Shown here: in pieces, positions 21,693 to 31,387 of the stretch
Layout: each line of letters opens with the position of its first letter
How positions within the stretch are numbered: the first letter of the stretch is position 1
Assembly: GCA_021805685.1 (NCBI GenBank)
Contig: JAJZET010000140.1
Span: 1,923 to 65,922 of the forward strand
Source of the DNA: Pseudomonadota bacterium
GTDB taxonomy: Bacteria > Pseudomonadota > Gammaproteobacteria > Xanthomonadales > Rhodanobacteraceae
Length of the DNA: 64,000 nt
Direction: 5' to 3'
Notes under the pieces: generated by a model
Databases searched by the model: none
What the model was told of the DNA's origin: nothing
What the model saw: only the letters and a program-made list of their open reading frames with translations
Made by a program: the position numbers and the translations under genes

Positions 21693-22932
21693 GCACGACG
21701 CGACCGGCCGGCGAACGTTCCGCCGGCGGCGGGATACAGGCTAGCAGCAGGATGAACAGGTGCCTATGCGAGAAATCCAGCCATAGGCAATTACCCAGGC
21801 CCGCGACGAAGTAGATCAGCAGCGCGCTGGCGTAGATGCCTCGCTCCGGCGACTCCAGCCGCGCGATGTAACGCGCCAGGGCGATCAGCAGGCCCAGCCA
21901 AACCAGCAAGCCGACCAAGCCCTGCTCCGACAGGATCCACAGCATCTCCTGATGCGGGTGGCCCATCATGAAACTGTCAAAATCCGGCAGGCCCTCGATG
22001 GACTTCCGGTACAGCGGCTCCCATTGCCGGTAGCCGTGTCCGAACAACGGCGCCGATTCGATGATGGGAATCGTGCGGCGCCACAGTTCGAGGCGGATAC
22101 CGACCGAGGAGGGCTCGCGCTCGCTGACGTAGGCATGGATGCCGTCTTCCATCGAACGGAGCAGCCGCTGGTGGATCACCGGCGTGTACCAGGCCACCGC
22201 GGGGGCGGCGGCGACCAGCGCCACCAGCGCCAGCACGCCCCAGCGCTCGCGGCGGATCCCGCGCCAGGCCCAGTACATCGCCAGCGGCACCAGCACCAGG
22301 TAAGCGGTACGGCTTTCGATCACCAGCAGCACGTTCACCAGCACCAGCACCGCAAGCGCGGCCAAAGCGATGCGACGCCACCGGTTCGACGCGACCAGGG
22401 CGGCAGACAGCGCCATCGCCCCCAGAAGGAGCGTCGACAGGCCCTGCTGGGTGTACTCCTTGAACACGGTATTGCGCATCGTGGGCATCTCGTGCGCCAC
22501 GGCGCGCTGCGGGATCAGGCCCATGTCCATCCCGTAGGACGCCAGCATCACCAGGCCCACCGAGATCGCCAACGCCAGCAACGCGCGCCGCCTCCATTGC
22601 GCGGTCGGCAGCAGCGAAGCGAATACCAGCGGATACCAGGTCGCCCAGATCACGCTGCCATCGGGGGGCGGCGTCCCCGTCGCGAACCATGCGTGGAACC
22701 AGCTCAGCATCAGCATGGCCCACCACAGCAACGCGCCGCGCGCGACCGGGTTGCGCGATGCGGCCAGCCAACGGACGCGCGCATCGCTGCCCAGCATCGA
22801 GAACAGTGCGGCAAGCACCACCGCCACGTTGGTGGCCGGCTTGTTCAGCGGCACCACGAACAGGCTCGCCACGGCGCACCATTGCCCGGCAACAAGCAAC
22901 TTTGCACGCATGCGGGGGAGGGCTGCGTTCAT
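21685..22932 (-). CDS. O-antigen ligase (WaaL/Wzy_C) family protein
   Basis: Multi-TM; SRTAY, SSVGIRLELW, PLFGHG, HPHQE; start uncertain (22932 or 23025). Confidence 0.8.
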   Translation of the reverse strand: MNAALPRMRAKLLVAGQWCAVASLFVVPLNKPATNVAVVLAALFSMLGSDARVRWLAASRNPVARGALLWWAMLMLSWFHAWFATGTPPPDGSVIWATWYPLVFASLLPTAQWRRRALLALAISVGLVMLASYGMDMGLIPQRAVAHEMPTMRNTVFKEYTQQGLSTLLLGAMALSAALVASNRWRRIALAALAVLVLVNVLLVIESRTAYLVLVPLAMYWAWRGIRRERWGVLALVALVAAAPAVAWYTPVIHQRLLRSMEDGIHAYVSEREPSSVGIRLELWRRTIPIIESAPLFGHGYRQWEPLYRKSIEGLPDFDSFMMGHPHQEMLWILSEQGLVGLLVWLGLLIALARYIARLESPERGIYASALLIYFVAGLGNCLWLDFSHRHLFILLLACIPPPAERSPAGRVVHG

Positions 22933-23089
22933 TCCGGTGGGGCCGTCCTGGTCAGGGTCTTCGGCTGGCGAGGCATGGGGGACATCCAGCGAAGACGATA
23001 TGGCCCCGCATTTTACCGGAGCCACCTTGAATCACTGCCTCATGATCTCCGCTTGGCCGTCCGTATTGGAGCCAGTTGTGCCGAGCCGT

Positions 23090-23971
23090 TCACAACGCGT
23101 AAAGGCAGCCCAAGGATGACGCCAGCTTCGAATCAGGGGCGTCAGGCGTTCCCGCCCGCATATCCTCCGGTGGCGTCGCGAATTCCGCTAGGTGCCCGTC
23201 GACGCCCAGTTCGCAGCGCACCAGCCGGCGTGTACGGGTGTCCTCCACCACGCGGTCGTTGGGGTTGTCCACCACGTGCTTGCGCGTGCGGTGGTAAAGG
23301 TGCGTGGCCAGCGCACTGAAGCGCAGGTCGCGCCGCAGCAGGCCGGCATGGAACGCGCGCAGCGCCAGCTCGGTGTCCTCGCGGCCCCAGCCGGTCATGG
23401 TCTCGTTGAAGCCGTTCAGGCGCAGCAGGTCGTCCCGCCAGAACGCCATGTTGCAGCTCTTGATGCCGCGCCGCTTGGTACCCGGGCGCGCATACAGGTG
23501 TGCCAGCCAGGGCAGGCGCAGGGTATGCCGCCGTCGCTCGATGCCGCGGTCGAAAAACCCCGGCAATTCCGCGCCCTGTTCGAGCACCCGCCTGGTCGCT
23601 TCCGCATCGGTGAGCACACGCGAGCCCTGCACGAAGCAGCCGCGCCATGCGAAACGGTGGTGATCCGCGACGAAATGCCGCTCCGCCACCATGTCGCCGT
23701 CGAGCAGGATCACGTAGTCGCCCTGTGCCGCCGCAATCGCGCGATTGCGCGCGCGGCTCATGCGGGCACCGTCATCGGGCTGCCACACATGCACCAGCCG
23801 CACCGGGTAGTCCGCCGCCATGCGTTCGAGCAGGGCGCGGGTGTCCTGGCGCGAGCCGTCGTCGGTGACGATCACCTCGAACGGCAACTCGGTCTGCTTC
23901 GCCAGGGCCCGCAGCACCAGCTCAAGGGCCTCCGGCCAGTTGTAGGTGAGCACCACCACGCTGATGCGCAT
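23090..23971 (-). CDS. Glycosyltransferase family 2
   Basis: ISVVVLTYN, DDGS, LDGD, GFNETMTGWGRED. Confidence 0.88.
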   Translation of the reverse strand: MRISVVVLTYNWPEALELVLRALAKQTELPFEVIVTDDGSRQDTRALLERMAADYPVRLVHVWQPDDGARMSRARNRAIAAAQGDYVILLDGDMVAERHFVADHHRFAWRGCFVQGSRVLTDAEATRRVLEQGAELPGFFDRGIERRRHTLRLPWLAHLYARPGTKRRGIKSCNMAFWRDDLLRLNGFNETMTGWGREDTELALRAFHAGLLRRDLRFSALATHLYHRTRKHVVDNPNDRVVEDTRTRRLVRCELGVDGHLAEFATPPEDMRAGTPDAPDSKLASSLGCLYAL

Positions 23972-24005
23972 GTGGCGCGGCTTTCCCCGACGCGGAATCG
24001 GATGT

Positions 24006-24974
24006 TCAGGCACGGCGCGACCTCCACCCTCGTGCGAAGACGCTGAGCGCACGCTCCCACTTGCGCCACGGCGGCCAGACCCGGCGCACCATCACCAGCC
24101 GCACGTATCGCCAGGTTTCGGACCAGGGCGGATTCGGCTTGGTGCGGTATTCCAGCTTACACATCTCGATGCTGCAGCTGGTGTCGTCGATGCCGGCGAT
24201 CGCGGCGTAATGGGCGATCAGCGCGCGCGTGTGCAGCAGGTTCTTGTACGCCTGCCGCGCGCTGCGGTTGGCCGACCAGGCGTTGTTGCCGTGGATGCGG
24301 TAGTCCACGCTGCCGGTCGGCAGGTAGTACTTGTGCGCGCCCAGCACGCTGGCGCCGTAGACGAGGCAGTTGTCCGGCGAGGTGCGCCAGACGGCTCGGA
24401 AGGCGTCGGGGAGATCCACCGTCTTGCGCGCCCAGCCCGTGCGCATCGAGATCGCCGAGGTCGGTACGCCGTACCAGACGGTCAGCGCGTAGGTGCTGAT
24501 GGCGGTGTAGCCAAGGTCCACCTCGCGTTCGTGGAAGCGGATCCTGTCGTTGCGCTGGCCGAACGTGCGCATGTCGGTGAACACGAAATCGACGTCGGGC
24601 CGGGCGTCGTAGAACGCCCCGATCCGTTCGAGGTAATCCGGCTGCCAGCGGTCGTCGGAATCGAGGAAGCAGACGACGTCCGCCGCCACTTGCGCGACGC
24701 CGGTCTGGAAGGCCGCCAGTTGCCCGCCATTGGCCCTGCAGACGAGGGTGACGCGCGGGTCGTTGGCGTAACGCTCGCGCAGCAAGGTGTCCGAGCCGTC
24801 GGTGGAACCGTCGTCCACCACGATCACCTGATCCGGACGGCGACTCTGCGCCAGCACGCTTTCCACCGCCTCGACCACGTAGTCGCGGTAGTTGTAGCTC
24901 GTCACGACCACGGCGAATCGCACGCCGGCAACCGCCGGCGCGGGCGCTTCACCCACACCTTCGCGAACTGACAT
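24006..24974 (-). CDS. Glycosyltransferase family 2
   Basis: VVVTSYNY, VVDDGSTDGS, FLDSDD, YRIHGNN. Confidence 0.85.
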   Translation of the reverse strand: MSVREGVGEAPAPAVAGVRFAVVVTSYNYRDYVVEAVESVLAQSRRPDQVIVVDDGSTDGSDTLLRERYANDPRVTLVCRANGGQLAAFQTGVAQVAADVVCFLDSDDRWQPDYLERIGAFYDARPDVDFVFTDMRTFGQRNDRIRFHEREVDLGYTAISTYALTVWYGVPTSAISMRTGWARKTVDLPDAFRAVWRTSPDNCLVYGASVLGAHKYYLPTGSVDYRIHGNNAWSANRSARQAYKNLLHTRALIAHYAAIAGIDDTSCSIEMCKLEYRTKPNPPWSETWRYVRLVMVRRVWPPWRKWERALSVFARGWRSRRA

Positions 24975-25098
24975 CGCCACCTGGCGCGCCCCCTTGATTG
25001 ACGTCCCGGATGATAGCCGAACCCGGGCCTGCCCAATCCGTTGCATGCACGCCCCAGGGCAACGGCCGGCATGACCGCTTCGGCTAGAATCCGTCGCC

Positions 25099-25914
25099 AT
25101 GCCCACCCTGCCGATCACCCTCGCCGTCATCGCCCGCAACGAGGCCGCGACCATCGCGCGCTGCCTGGACAGCGTACCGTTCGCGGCGGAGAAGCTGGTG
25201 GTGGACTCCGGCAGCGACGACGGCACCGCGGCGGTGGCGCAGGCGCACGGCGCGCGCGTGGTGCGGCAGGACTGGCTGGGCTTCGGGCCGCAGCGCAACT
25301 TCGCGACCACCCAATGCAGCCACGACTGGATCCTGGTGCTGGACGCCGACGAATGGCTGTCGCCGGAACTCGCCGCCGAGCTGGAGAGCGCCCTGCCGGC
25401 GCTGATCGCCGGCGACGCCGCGGGCGCCGTGCTGCGCCGGCGCACCATCTACATGGGCCGGCCGCTGCGCTGGTACCGGCCCAGCGTGGGCGAAAAGCTG
25501 GCGCGCATCTACCACCGCGGCCGCGGGCGCTGGACGGATGCGCGCGTGCACGAGTCGCTGCGCCTGGACGGCCGTGCGCCGGTGTTCAAGGCCCCGTTCG
25601 AGCACGCCAACAACCCCACGCTGGTGCACAAGCAGCTCAAGGTGCTGCGCTACTCGGAGCTGAAGTGCCGTGACTGGCTGGACAAGCGCAAGCCGGTGCG
25701 GATGTGGCAGGCGCCATTCGTGTACCTGCTGGCCTTCCTCAAGGATTATGTGTTCCGGCTGGCCTGCCTCGACGGCTGGCGCGGCTTCCTGATCGCGCAG
25801 ACCGCCGCCAGCTACGCGCTGTACAAGCGCATGCGCTACTACGAGATGGTGCACAACCCGGCGTCGGTCGCGGAGGCAGCCGACGCTTTGAACAAGCACC
25901 ACATCGACCACTGA
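25099..25914 (+). CDS. Glycosyltransferase family 2 (WaaE/KdtX-like LPS core glucosyltransferase)
   Basis: IARNEA, VVDSGSDDGT, WLGFGPQRN, LDADE, VHE, LDGWRGF. Confidence 0.88.
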   Translation: MPTLPITLAVIARNEAATIARCLDSVPFAAEKLVVDSGSDDGTAAVAQAHGARVVRQDWLGFGPQRNFATTQCSHDWILVLDADEWLSPELAAELESALPALIAGDAAGAVLRRRTIYMGRPLRWYRPSVGEKLARIYHRGRGRWTDARVHESLRLDGRAPVFKAPFEHANNPTLVHKQLKVLRYSELKCRDWLDKRKPVRMWQAPFVYLLAFLKDYVFRLACLDGWRGFLIAQTAASYALYKRMRYYEMVHNPASVAEAADALNKHHIDH

Positions 25915-25990
25915 TGCCGCGCGGCTCCTCCGCCATCAACGACCGCGCGGAGACGGACTAAGCTACGCGCCTTTGCCAAGCACCCAGCCC

Positions 25991-27028
25991 ATGCCCAAGC
26001 ACTACCTCCTCTACGGTTCCGAGCGCTACGCGCTGGCCATCCTGCGGCCGATCCAGGCGGCGATCCGCGCGCGCGGCGACGAGGCGGCATGGTTCTTCGA
26101 CGGCCCCGGCGCGGAGGACCTGGACGCCGACGAGCGCCTGCTGACAGTGGCCGAAGTGCGTGCGTGGAAACCACTGGCGGTGATCACTTCGTCGAATGCG
26201 GTGCCGCACTTCTTCCCCGGCGTGAAGGTAGAAACCTTCCACGGCTTTGACGCCGGCAAGCCGCGGCACATCTACGTACGCGGCTTCTTCGACCTGTACT
26301 GCACCACCGGCCCACGCGACACCGCGCAGTTCCAGGCTATTGCCGACAAGGTCGGCCACTTCAGCGTGATCGAGACCGGCTTCCCGAAGATCGACCCCTT
26401 CATGCGCGATCTCGGCGGCGCCATCCCACCGGTGCGCACGCCGCCGGTGATCCTCTACCACTCCACCTTCTCGCCCTCCTGGAGCGCGGCCGAAACGCTG
26501 TACGAGGAAGTGAAGCGACTGTCGCGCGACGGCCGCTGGCGCTGGATCGTCAGCTTCCATCCGAAGATGAACCCGGAGACGGTGGCCAGGTTCAAGGCGC
26601 TGCAGAACGAGCACCTGACATTCGCCGAGAACGACAATATCCTGGAACTGTTCGGCCAGGTGGACATGATGTGCTCGGACACCTCGTCCGCGCTCAACGA
26701 GTTCCTGCTCACCGGCAAGCCGGTGGTGACGTTCGACAATCGCCGCCCCGGCCCGCAGCTGATCGACATCCACGACGCGAAGGATTTCGAACCGGCGATC
26801 GAACGCGCGCTGAGCCGGCCGCCCGAGCTGATGCAGGCCATCCGCGCGTATGCCGACGCGATCCACCCCTACCGCGACGGCCGCTCCAGCGAGCGCGTGC
26901 TGGACGCCATCGACACCTTCGTCGCCCGTGGCGGCCGCAACCGCCGCGCCAAGCCCGCCAACCTGTGGCGCAAGCTGAAGATCCGCCGTCGCATCGGCTA
27001 CTGGGGGCCGGCGCGCTGGCCGCGCTGA
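25991..27028 (+). CDS. CDP-glycerol glycerophosphotransferase (TagB/TagF-like) family protein
   Basis: TFHG, TGFPKID, ILYHSTF, FHP, SDTSSALNEF, DGRSSERV resemble TagF-family motifs. Confidence 0.75.
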   Translation: MPKHYLLYGSERYALAILRPIQAAIRARGDEAAWFFDGPGAEDLDADERLLTVAEVRAWKPLAVITSSNAVPHFFPGVKVETFHGFDAGKPRHIYVRGFFDLYCTTGPRDTAQFQAIADKVGHFSVIETGFPKIDPFMRDLGGAIPPVRTPPVILYHSTFSPSWSAAETLYEEVKRLSRDGRWRWIVSFHPKMNPETVARFKALQNEHLTFAENDNILELFGQVDMMCSDTSSALNEFLLTGKPVVTFDNRRPGPQLIDIHDAKDFEPAIERALSRPPELMQAIRAYADAIHPYRDGRSSERVLDAIDTFVARGGRNRRAKPANLWRKLKIRRRIGYWGPARWPR

Positions 27029-27038
27029 GCGGCGGCGA

Positions 27039-27251
27039 TCAGCGTTCCCGCAAGGGATCGAGCAGGCGCTTCAGGCCGTTGTGGTCGATCTCCAGCATCA
27101 GCGCAAGCTGGCGACCCAACTCGCCGGGCGGAAAGCCCTGGCGCGCGAACCACGCCAGGTAGGCACCGGGCAGGTCGGCCAGCAGGTGGCCCTTGTACTT
27201 GCCGAACGGCATGCGCATCGTCGCCAGGCGCTTGAGGTCGTCGGCTTCCAT
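27039..27251 (-). CDS. DUF3820 family small protein
   Basis: MPFGKYKG..LADLP..YLAWF; ATG overlaps the AAA gene stop. Confidence 0.8.
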   Translation of the reverse strand: MEADDLKRLATMRMPFGKYKGHLLADLPGAYLAWFARQGFPPGELGRQLALMLEIDHNGLKRLLDPLRER

Positions 27252-28723
27252 CAGTCCGCCGCCACGCAGCGCCCCTGCGCCCATGCGCGCAGCGCCTCCA
27301 CCTGTTCGCGCATCAACACCGACAGCGGGCGGGTCTGCCCCAGCGCGGCGCGCAGCGTGGCCTGGTCCAGCGTGCCGCCGCCGGCGACGTCGTACAGCGC
27401 GCTGACCACGGCCTGTTCGATCTCGGCGCCGGAGAAGCCTTCGCTGGCCTCGGCCAGCGCGGGCAGGTCGAACACGGCCGGGTCGAGCTGGCGACGCGTG
27501 AGGTGCATAGCGAAGATGGCCTCGCGCACCTCGGCGCGCGGCAGGTCGACGAAGAAGATCTCGTCGAAGCGGCCCTTGCGCAGCAGCTCGGCGGGCAGCT
27601 CGTGCACCGCGTTGGCGGTGGCCACCACGAACACCTTGGACCTGCGCTCGGCCATCCAGGTCAGCAGGTAGCCGAGCACGCGGCGCGACACGCCGCCGTC
27701 CTCGCCGCCGCTGGCCAGGCCTTTCTCGATCTCGTCGATCCACAGCACGCAGGGCGACAGCCCTTCGCTGCTGGCCAGCGCCTCGCGCAGGTTCTTCTCC
27801 GTCTCGCCCTGGTACTTGTCGTACAGCGCTCCGAAATCCAGCCGCACCAACGGTACGCCGAAGCCACCGGCGATGGCCTTGGCCGCGAGGCTCTTGCCGC
27901 AACCCTGCACGCCGAGCAGCAACACGCCCTTGGGTGGATCGAGCACCGGGTCGGGCTCGGCGGCGAGGAACACCCCGCGCCGCCGCTGCACCCATTCGCG
28001 CACGCGCGACACGCCGGCGACGTCGGCGAAGCTGGCGGTGGCGTATTCATAGTGCAGCAGGCCCGAGCGGTTGAGCAGCGCGAACTTGGACTGCATCAGT
28101 TCGGGCAGGTCCTGCGAGCCCAGCGCGCCGTCGTTGTAGATCAGCTTGCGCACGATGCGCCGCGCATCCGGCGCGGACAGGCCGAGCAGGTTGCGCACGA
28201 TGGTGCGCGCGGCATCGTTGTCCACCTCCAGCCGGCGGCCGTGCTCGCGCTGCCACGCCAGCGCCTCGCCACGCATGATCGCGGCCAGCGCCTTGAGGTC
28301 GGGCAGCGCCAGCGGCACGCGCAGCGCCAGCGCTTCCAGTTCGTCCGGCAGCTCCACCTTCGCACCCACCAGCACCACGGTGTGCGCGGCGCTGCGCTGC
28401 CGCTGCACGATCTCGCGCAGCATGCGCTGGCTCATCGCGTACCCGAGCAGGCCGTGGAAATCGAACAGCAGGTAGATGCCACGCTCCGGTTCGGCGCGGA
28501 TCGCCTCCAGCGTACTGGTGACGTCGGCCGCCGACGGCCCGTCGCGCCGCGCGAAGTCGAGGCGCTGCAGGCCGTCGGTCAGCGTCCAGCGCCACAGCGG
28601 ATGCAACGCCTGCGCGATCACGTGGCGGAAGCACTCGATCACGCGCTGCTCGTCCACCGTCTCGATCACCAGCAGCGGCGTGGCGGCGCGCACCAGGGTG
28701 GTGAGGTCTTGCAGTTCGCTCAT
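27251..28723 (-). CDS. AAA+ ATPase, Ycf46-like
   Basis: GVQGCGKS Walker A, LWIDEIEK Walker B, ATAN, LLRKGRFDEIFFVDLP; N-terminal domain without Walker A; GGAGG RBS. Confidence 0.88.
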   Translation of the reverse strand: MSELQDLTTLVRAATPLLVIETVDEQRVIECFRHVIAQALHPLWRWTLTDGLQRLDFARRDGPSAADVTSTLEAIRAEPERGIYLLFDFHGLLGYAMSQRMLREIVQRQRSAAHTVVLVGAKVELPDELEALALRVPLALPDLKALAAIMRGEALAWQREHGRRLEVDNDAARTIVRNLLGLSAPDARRIVRKLIYNDGALGSQDLPELMQSKFALLNRSGLLHYEYATASFADVAGVSRVREWVQRRRGVFLAAEPDPVLDPPKGVLLLGVQGCGKSLAAKAIAGGFGVPLVRLDFGALYDKYQGETEKNLREALASSEGLSPCVLWIDEIEKGLASGGEDGGVSRRVLGYLLTWMAERRSKVFVVATANAVHELPAELLRKGRFDEIFFVDLPRAEVREAIFAMHLTRRQLDPAVFDLPALAEASEGFSGAEIEQAVVSALYDVAGGGTLDQATLRAALGQTRPLSVLMREQVEALRAWAQGRCVAAD

Positions 28724-28813
28724 GCGTCCTCCGTCGGAGCGCGCACATTAGCAGGGCCAACGCACTGCACGAATGGGTATAGGCTTGGATTTCCGCCGAT
28801 CCGGAGTCGTGCC

Positions 28814-29917
28814 ATGCGCCTGCCTTCGCTGCTGTCGTTGCTGGCCTCGCTGCTGCTTGCCGCACCCGCGTTCGGCGCGGTGCAGCTGGACAAGCTCACG
28901 CTGCCCAAGGGCTTCCACATCGCGGTCTATTCCGACCAGGTGCCGAACGCGCGCGAGATCGCGCTGGGCGCGAAGGGTACGGTGTTCGTGGGCTCGATGG
29001 GTGCCGGCAAGGTCTACGCGCTCACCGACACGCGGCACGACGGCCATGCCGACAAGGTGCGCGTGCTCGCCAGCGGGCTGGAGATGCCGGTGGGCGTGGC
29101 CTTCCACCACGGCGACCTCTACATTTCGGCGGTGAGCCGGATCTACGTACTGCGCGACATCGAGGATCACCTCGACGATCCGCCCAAGCCGGAGCTCGTC
29201 ACCGACAGGCTGCCCAGCGATACGCATCACGGCTGGCGCTTCATCGCCTTCGGCCCCGACGGCAAGCTCTACGTGCCGATCGGTGCGCCCTGCAACATCT
29301 GTGACAAGGGCAAGGCCTACGCCAAGATCACCCGCATGGACGCCGACGGCGGCGGCATGCAGGACGTGGCCTACGGCATCCGCAATACCGTGGGCTTCGA
29401 CTGGCGGCCGGGCTCGCACCAGCTGTGGTTCACCGACAACGGCCGCGACCTGCTGGGCGACGACATCCCCAGCGACGAACTGAACCGGCTCTCGCACCTG
29501 GGCGAGAACTTCGGCTATCCGTACTGCCACGAGGGCGACATCCTCGACCCCGAGTTCGGCAAGGGCCATTCCTGCAAGGACTACACCCCGCCGGTGCTCA
29601 AGCTCGGCGCCCACGTGGCCTCGCTGGGCATGCGCTTCTACGAGGGCCGCATGTTCCCCGCCAGCTACCGGGGCGCGATCCTGATCGCCGAGCACGGCTC
29701 GTGGAACCGCAGCAAGAAATCCGGCTACCGCGTGATGACGGTGCGCCTCGACGGCAACAAGGTGTCGAGCTACCGGCCGCTGATCACCGGCTTCGAACAG
29801 CACGAACAGGCCTGGGGCCGCCCGGTGGACGTGCAACCCCTGCCCGACGGCAGCGTGCTGGTGAGCGACGACCTGGCGGGCGCGGTGTACCGGGTGACCT
29901 ACGACGGCCGCGACTAG
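28814..29917 (+). CDS. PQQ-dependent sugar/L-sorbosone dehydrogenase family (beta-propeller), secreted
   Basis: Signal peptide; FGPDGKLY, GAPCNIC, GIRNTVG, EHGSWNR, GRPVDV. Confidence 0.87.
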   Translation: MRLPSLLSLLASLLLAAPAFGAVQLDKLTLPKGFHIAVYSDQVPNAREIALGAKGTVFVGSMGAGKVYALTDTRHDGHADKVRVLASGLEMPVGVAFHHGDLYISAVSRIYVLRDIEDHLDDPPKPELVTDRLPSDTHHGWRFIAFGPDGKLYVPIGAPCNICDKGKAYAKITRMDADGGGMQDVAYGIRNTVGFDWRPGSHQLWFTDNGRDLLGDDIPSDELNRLSHLGENFGYPYCHEGDILDPEFGKGHSCKDYTPPVLKLGAHVASLGMRFYEGRMFPASYRGAILIAEHGSWNRSKKSGYRVMTVRLDGNKVSSYRPLITGFEQHEQAWGRPVDVQPLPDGSVLVSDDLAGAVYRVTYDGRD

Positions 29918-29949
29918 CGCATGTTCCATATCGCTTGCTGGCGCTTTCA

Positions 29950-30350
29950 ACGTGGGGCTTGGGGGGTTTGCGTTTTCGCAAGGAACACGGCGGTTTCGGT
30001 CGCCCGGCGGCGCCTGGGCCACCTTAATCTTCGCTTTGGGCCAGCAAAGAAAGGTGGCCAAAGAAAAGGCCTGGTTCAATCCGGCGGAACTACAAGCCGG
30101 CTGTGTCGAGGAGGTTGGAGCCACTTCCAGCGACACGAGCTTCACCGCGGCCACTCCGCGCCGTATCTGGAAGCGGAGGGCTGGACTTTGCAGCGCCTCG
30201 CGCTGCTTTTTGCTTGTCGTCCCTAAGCGAAGACGGTAAAGGCGAAGCGTACGAAGCTCCCGTAGGAGCCAAAGCAGCCCTTTCGCACAAGGCTCCCGGC
30301 GCAAACCGCGCGGAGATTCGAACAGGCGCTTGGCGGGTGCGCTCCTGCAG
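29950..30350. repeat. Degenerate structured intergenic repeat / MITE-like element with GTAG-type REP remnants
   Basis: Hairpin GGCCACCTT (30017-25)...AAGGTGGCC (30051-59) with A/T-run interior; GTAGGAGC (30262-69) and inverted GCTCCTGC (30341-48); no credible ORF. Confidence 0.5.
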
Positions 30351-30394
30351 CCCATGCAGCATGCTTTCGCCTATCCCCGATCCCGGGGCTACCC

Positions 30395-30789
30395 GTGCAA
30401 CTGCGCAGCGGCAGCTTCGCCCATCGCCAGCCCATCCCCGCCGCCAACGCCTTTGGCAAGACCGGCACGCCGGGCAGCGTGCAAGGCACGACCGACGACA
30501 CCGGCTGGTTCGCGGGGGATGCCGAGATGAGCGGCGAGTACCTCGGCTACGACGGCCCGCGCCGCCGTGGGACGACACCCTCGTGCACCACGACCACTTC
30601 CGCGTGCACGCAGTGGACGTGGCCAGCTTGGGGCTGCGCAAGAGCGTTACGCTGGCCGGGCGGCGCGACGGGATGCGCAGCCACGTGCTGACGGACGCCC
30701 GGCGGGTGGGCAGGCATGCGATCCGCACCCGGGTGGCGCCGGGCAGGCGCCGGACGCCTTCACGCTGGAATGGCAGCCGTTGTGGATGA
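30395..30789 (+). pseudogene. YbhB/YbcL (PEBP/Raf-kinase-inhibitor-like) pseudogene
   Basis: MQLRSGSF..PIP..AFG start; WFAGDAEMSGEYLGYDGP, then frameshift near 30560 to PPWDDTLVHH.HFRVHAVDV; appears internally deleted. Confidence 0.75.
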
Positions 30790-30829
30790 ATGTCGATCGT
30801 GGTCGGCATTCGTTCAAGAGGGCAAGCTC

Positions 30830-30988
30830 ATGCTTCACTACGCGCTGGTTTTCCTGATAGTAGCGATCGTTGCCGCTGTGTTGGGCTTCGGTGGCTTCAT
30901 CGGTGGCGCGGCGGCGCTGACCGCAAAGGCGTTGTTCGTCGCCTTCCTGATCCTGGCGATCGTTTCGTTTCTGCGTCGCGCAAAGTGA
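30830..30988 (+). CDS. DUF1328 (YtjA-like) small membrane protein
   Basis: [22 protein letters not shown]...[15 protein letters not shown]. Confidence 0.9.
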   Translation: MLHYALVFLIVAIVAAVLGFGGFIGGAAALTAKALFVAFLILAIVSFLRRAK

Positions 30989-31018
30989 ACCGACGTTCCA
31001 CCCTCTTGGAGAGAGAAC

Positions 31019-31381
31019 ATGAACGAGCATCCGTCAACCGCCCAGAACAACGGCGCAAGCCGCATCGATGACGGCGCCGAGCGCGTCAAGCAGGCCACCT
31101 CCAACGCGGTGGCCGGTGCCAAGGAAGCGGTGAACCGTGCCGCCGACCACATCGAATCCGGCCTGCACCACGCCACCGACAAGGTGGCCGCCGGCGCCCA
31201 CCACGCCAGCGACACGCTTAGCGATGCCGGCGAGCGTGGCCGCGCTGCCTACGACGCCACCATGGATCGCGCCGACGAGTGGCTGGGCCAGGTGCGCGAC
31301 TACGTGCGCGAGAAGCCGGTGCAATCGGTCGCCATCGCGCTCGGCGCCGGCTGGCTGCTCGGCCGCCTGCTGCGGCGCTGA
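31019..31381 (+). CDS. ElaB/YqjD/DUF883-like tail-anchored protein
   Basis: Ala-rich helical body; C-terminal YVREKPVQSVAIALGAGWLLGRLLRR. Confidence 0.82.
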   Translation: MNEHPSTAQNNGASRIDDGAERVKQATSNAVAGAKEAVNRAADHIESGLHHATDKVAAGAHHASDTLSDAGERGRAAYDATMDRADEWLGQVRDYVREKPVQSVAIALGAGWLLGRLLRR

Positions 31382-31387
31382 CCGCGC

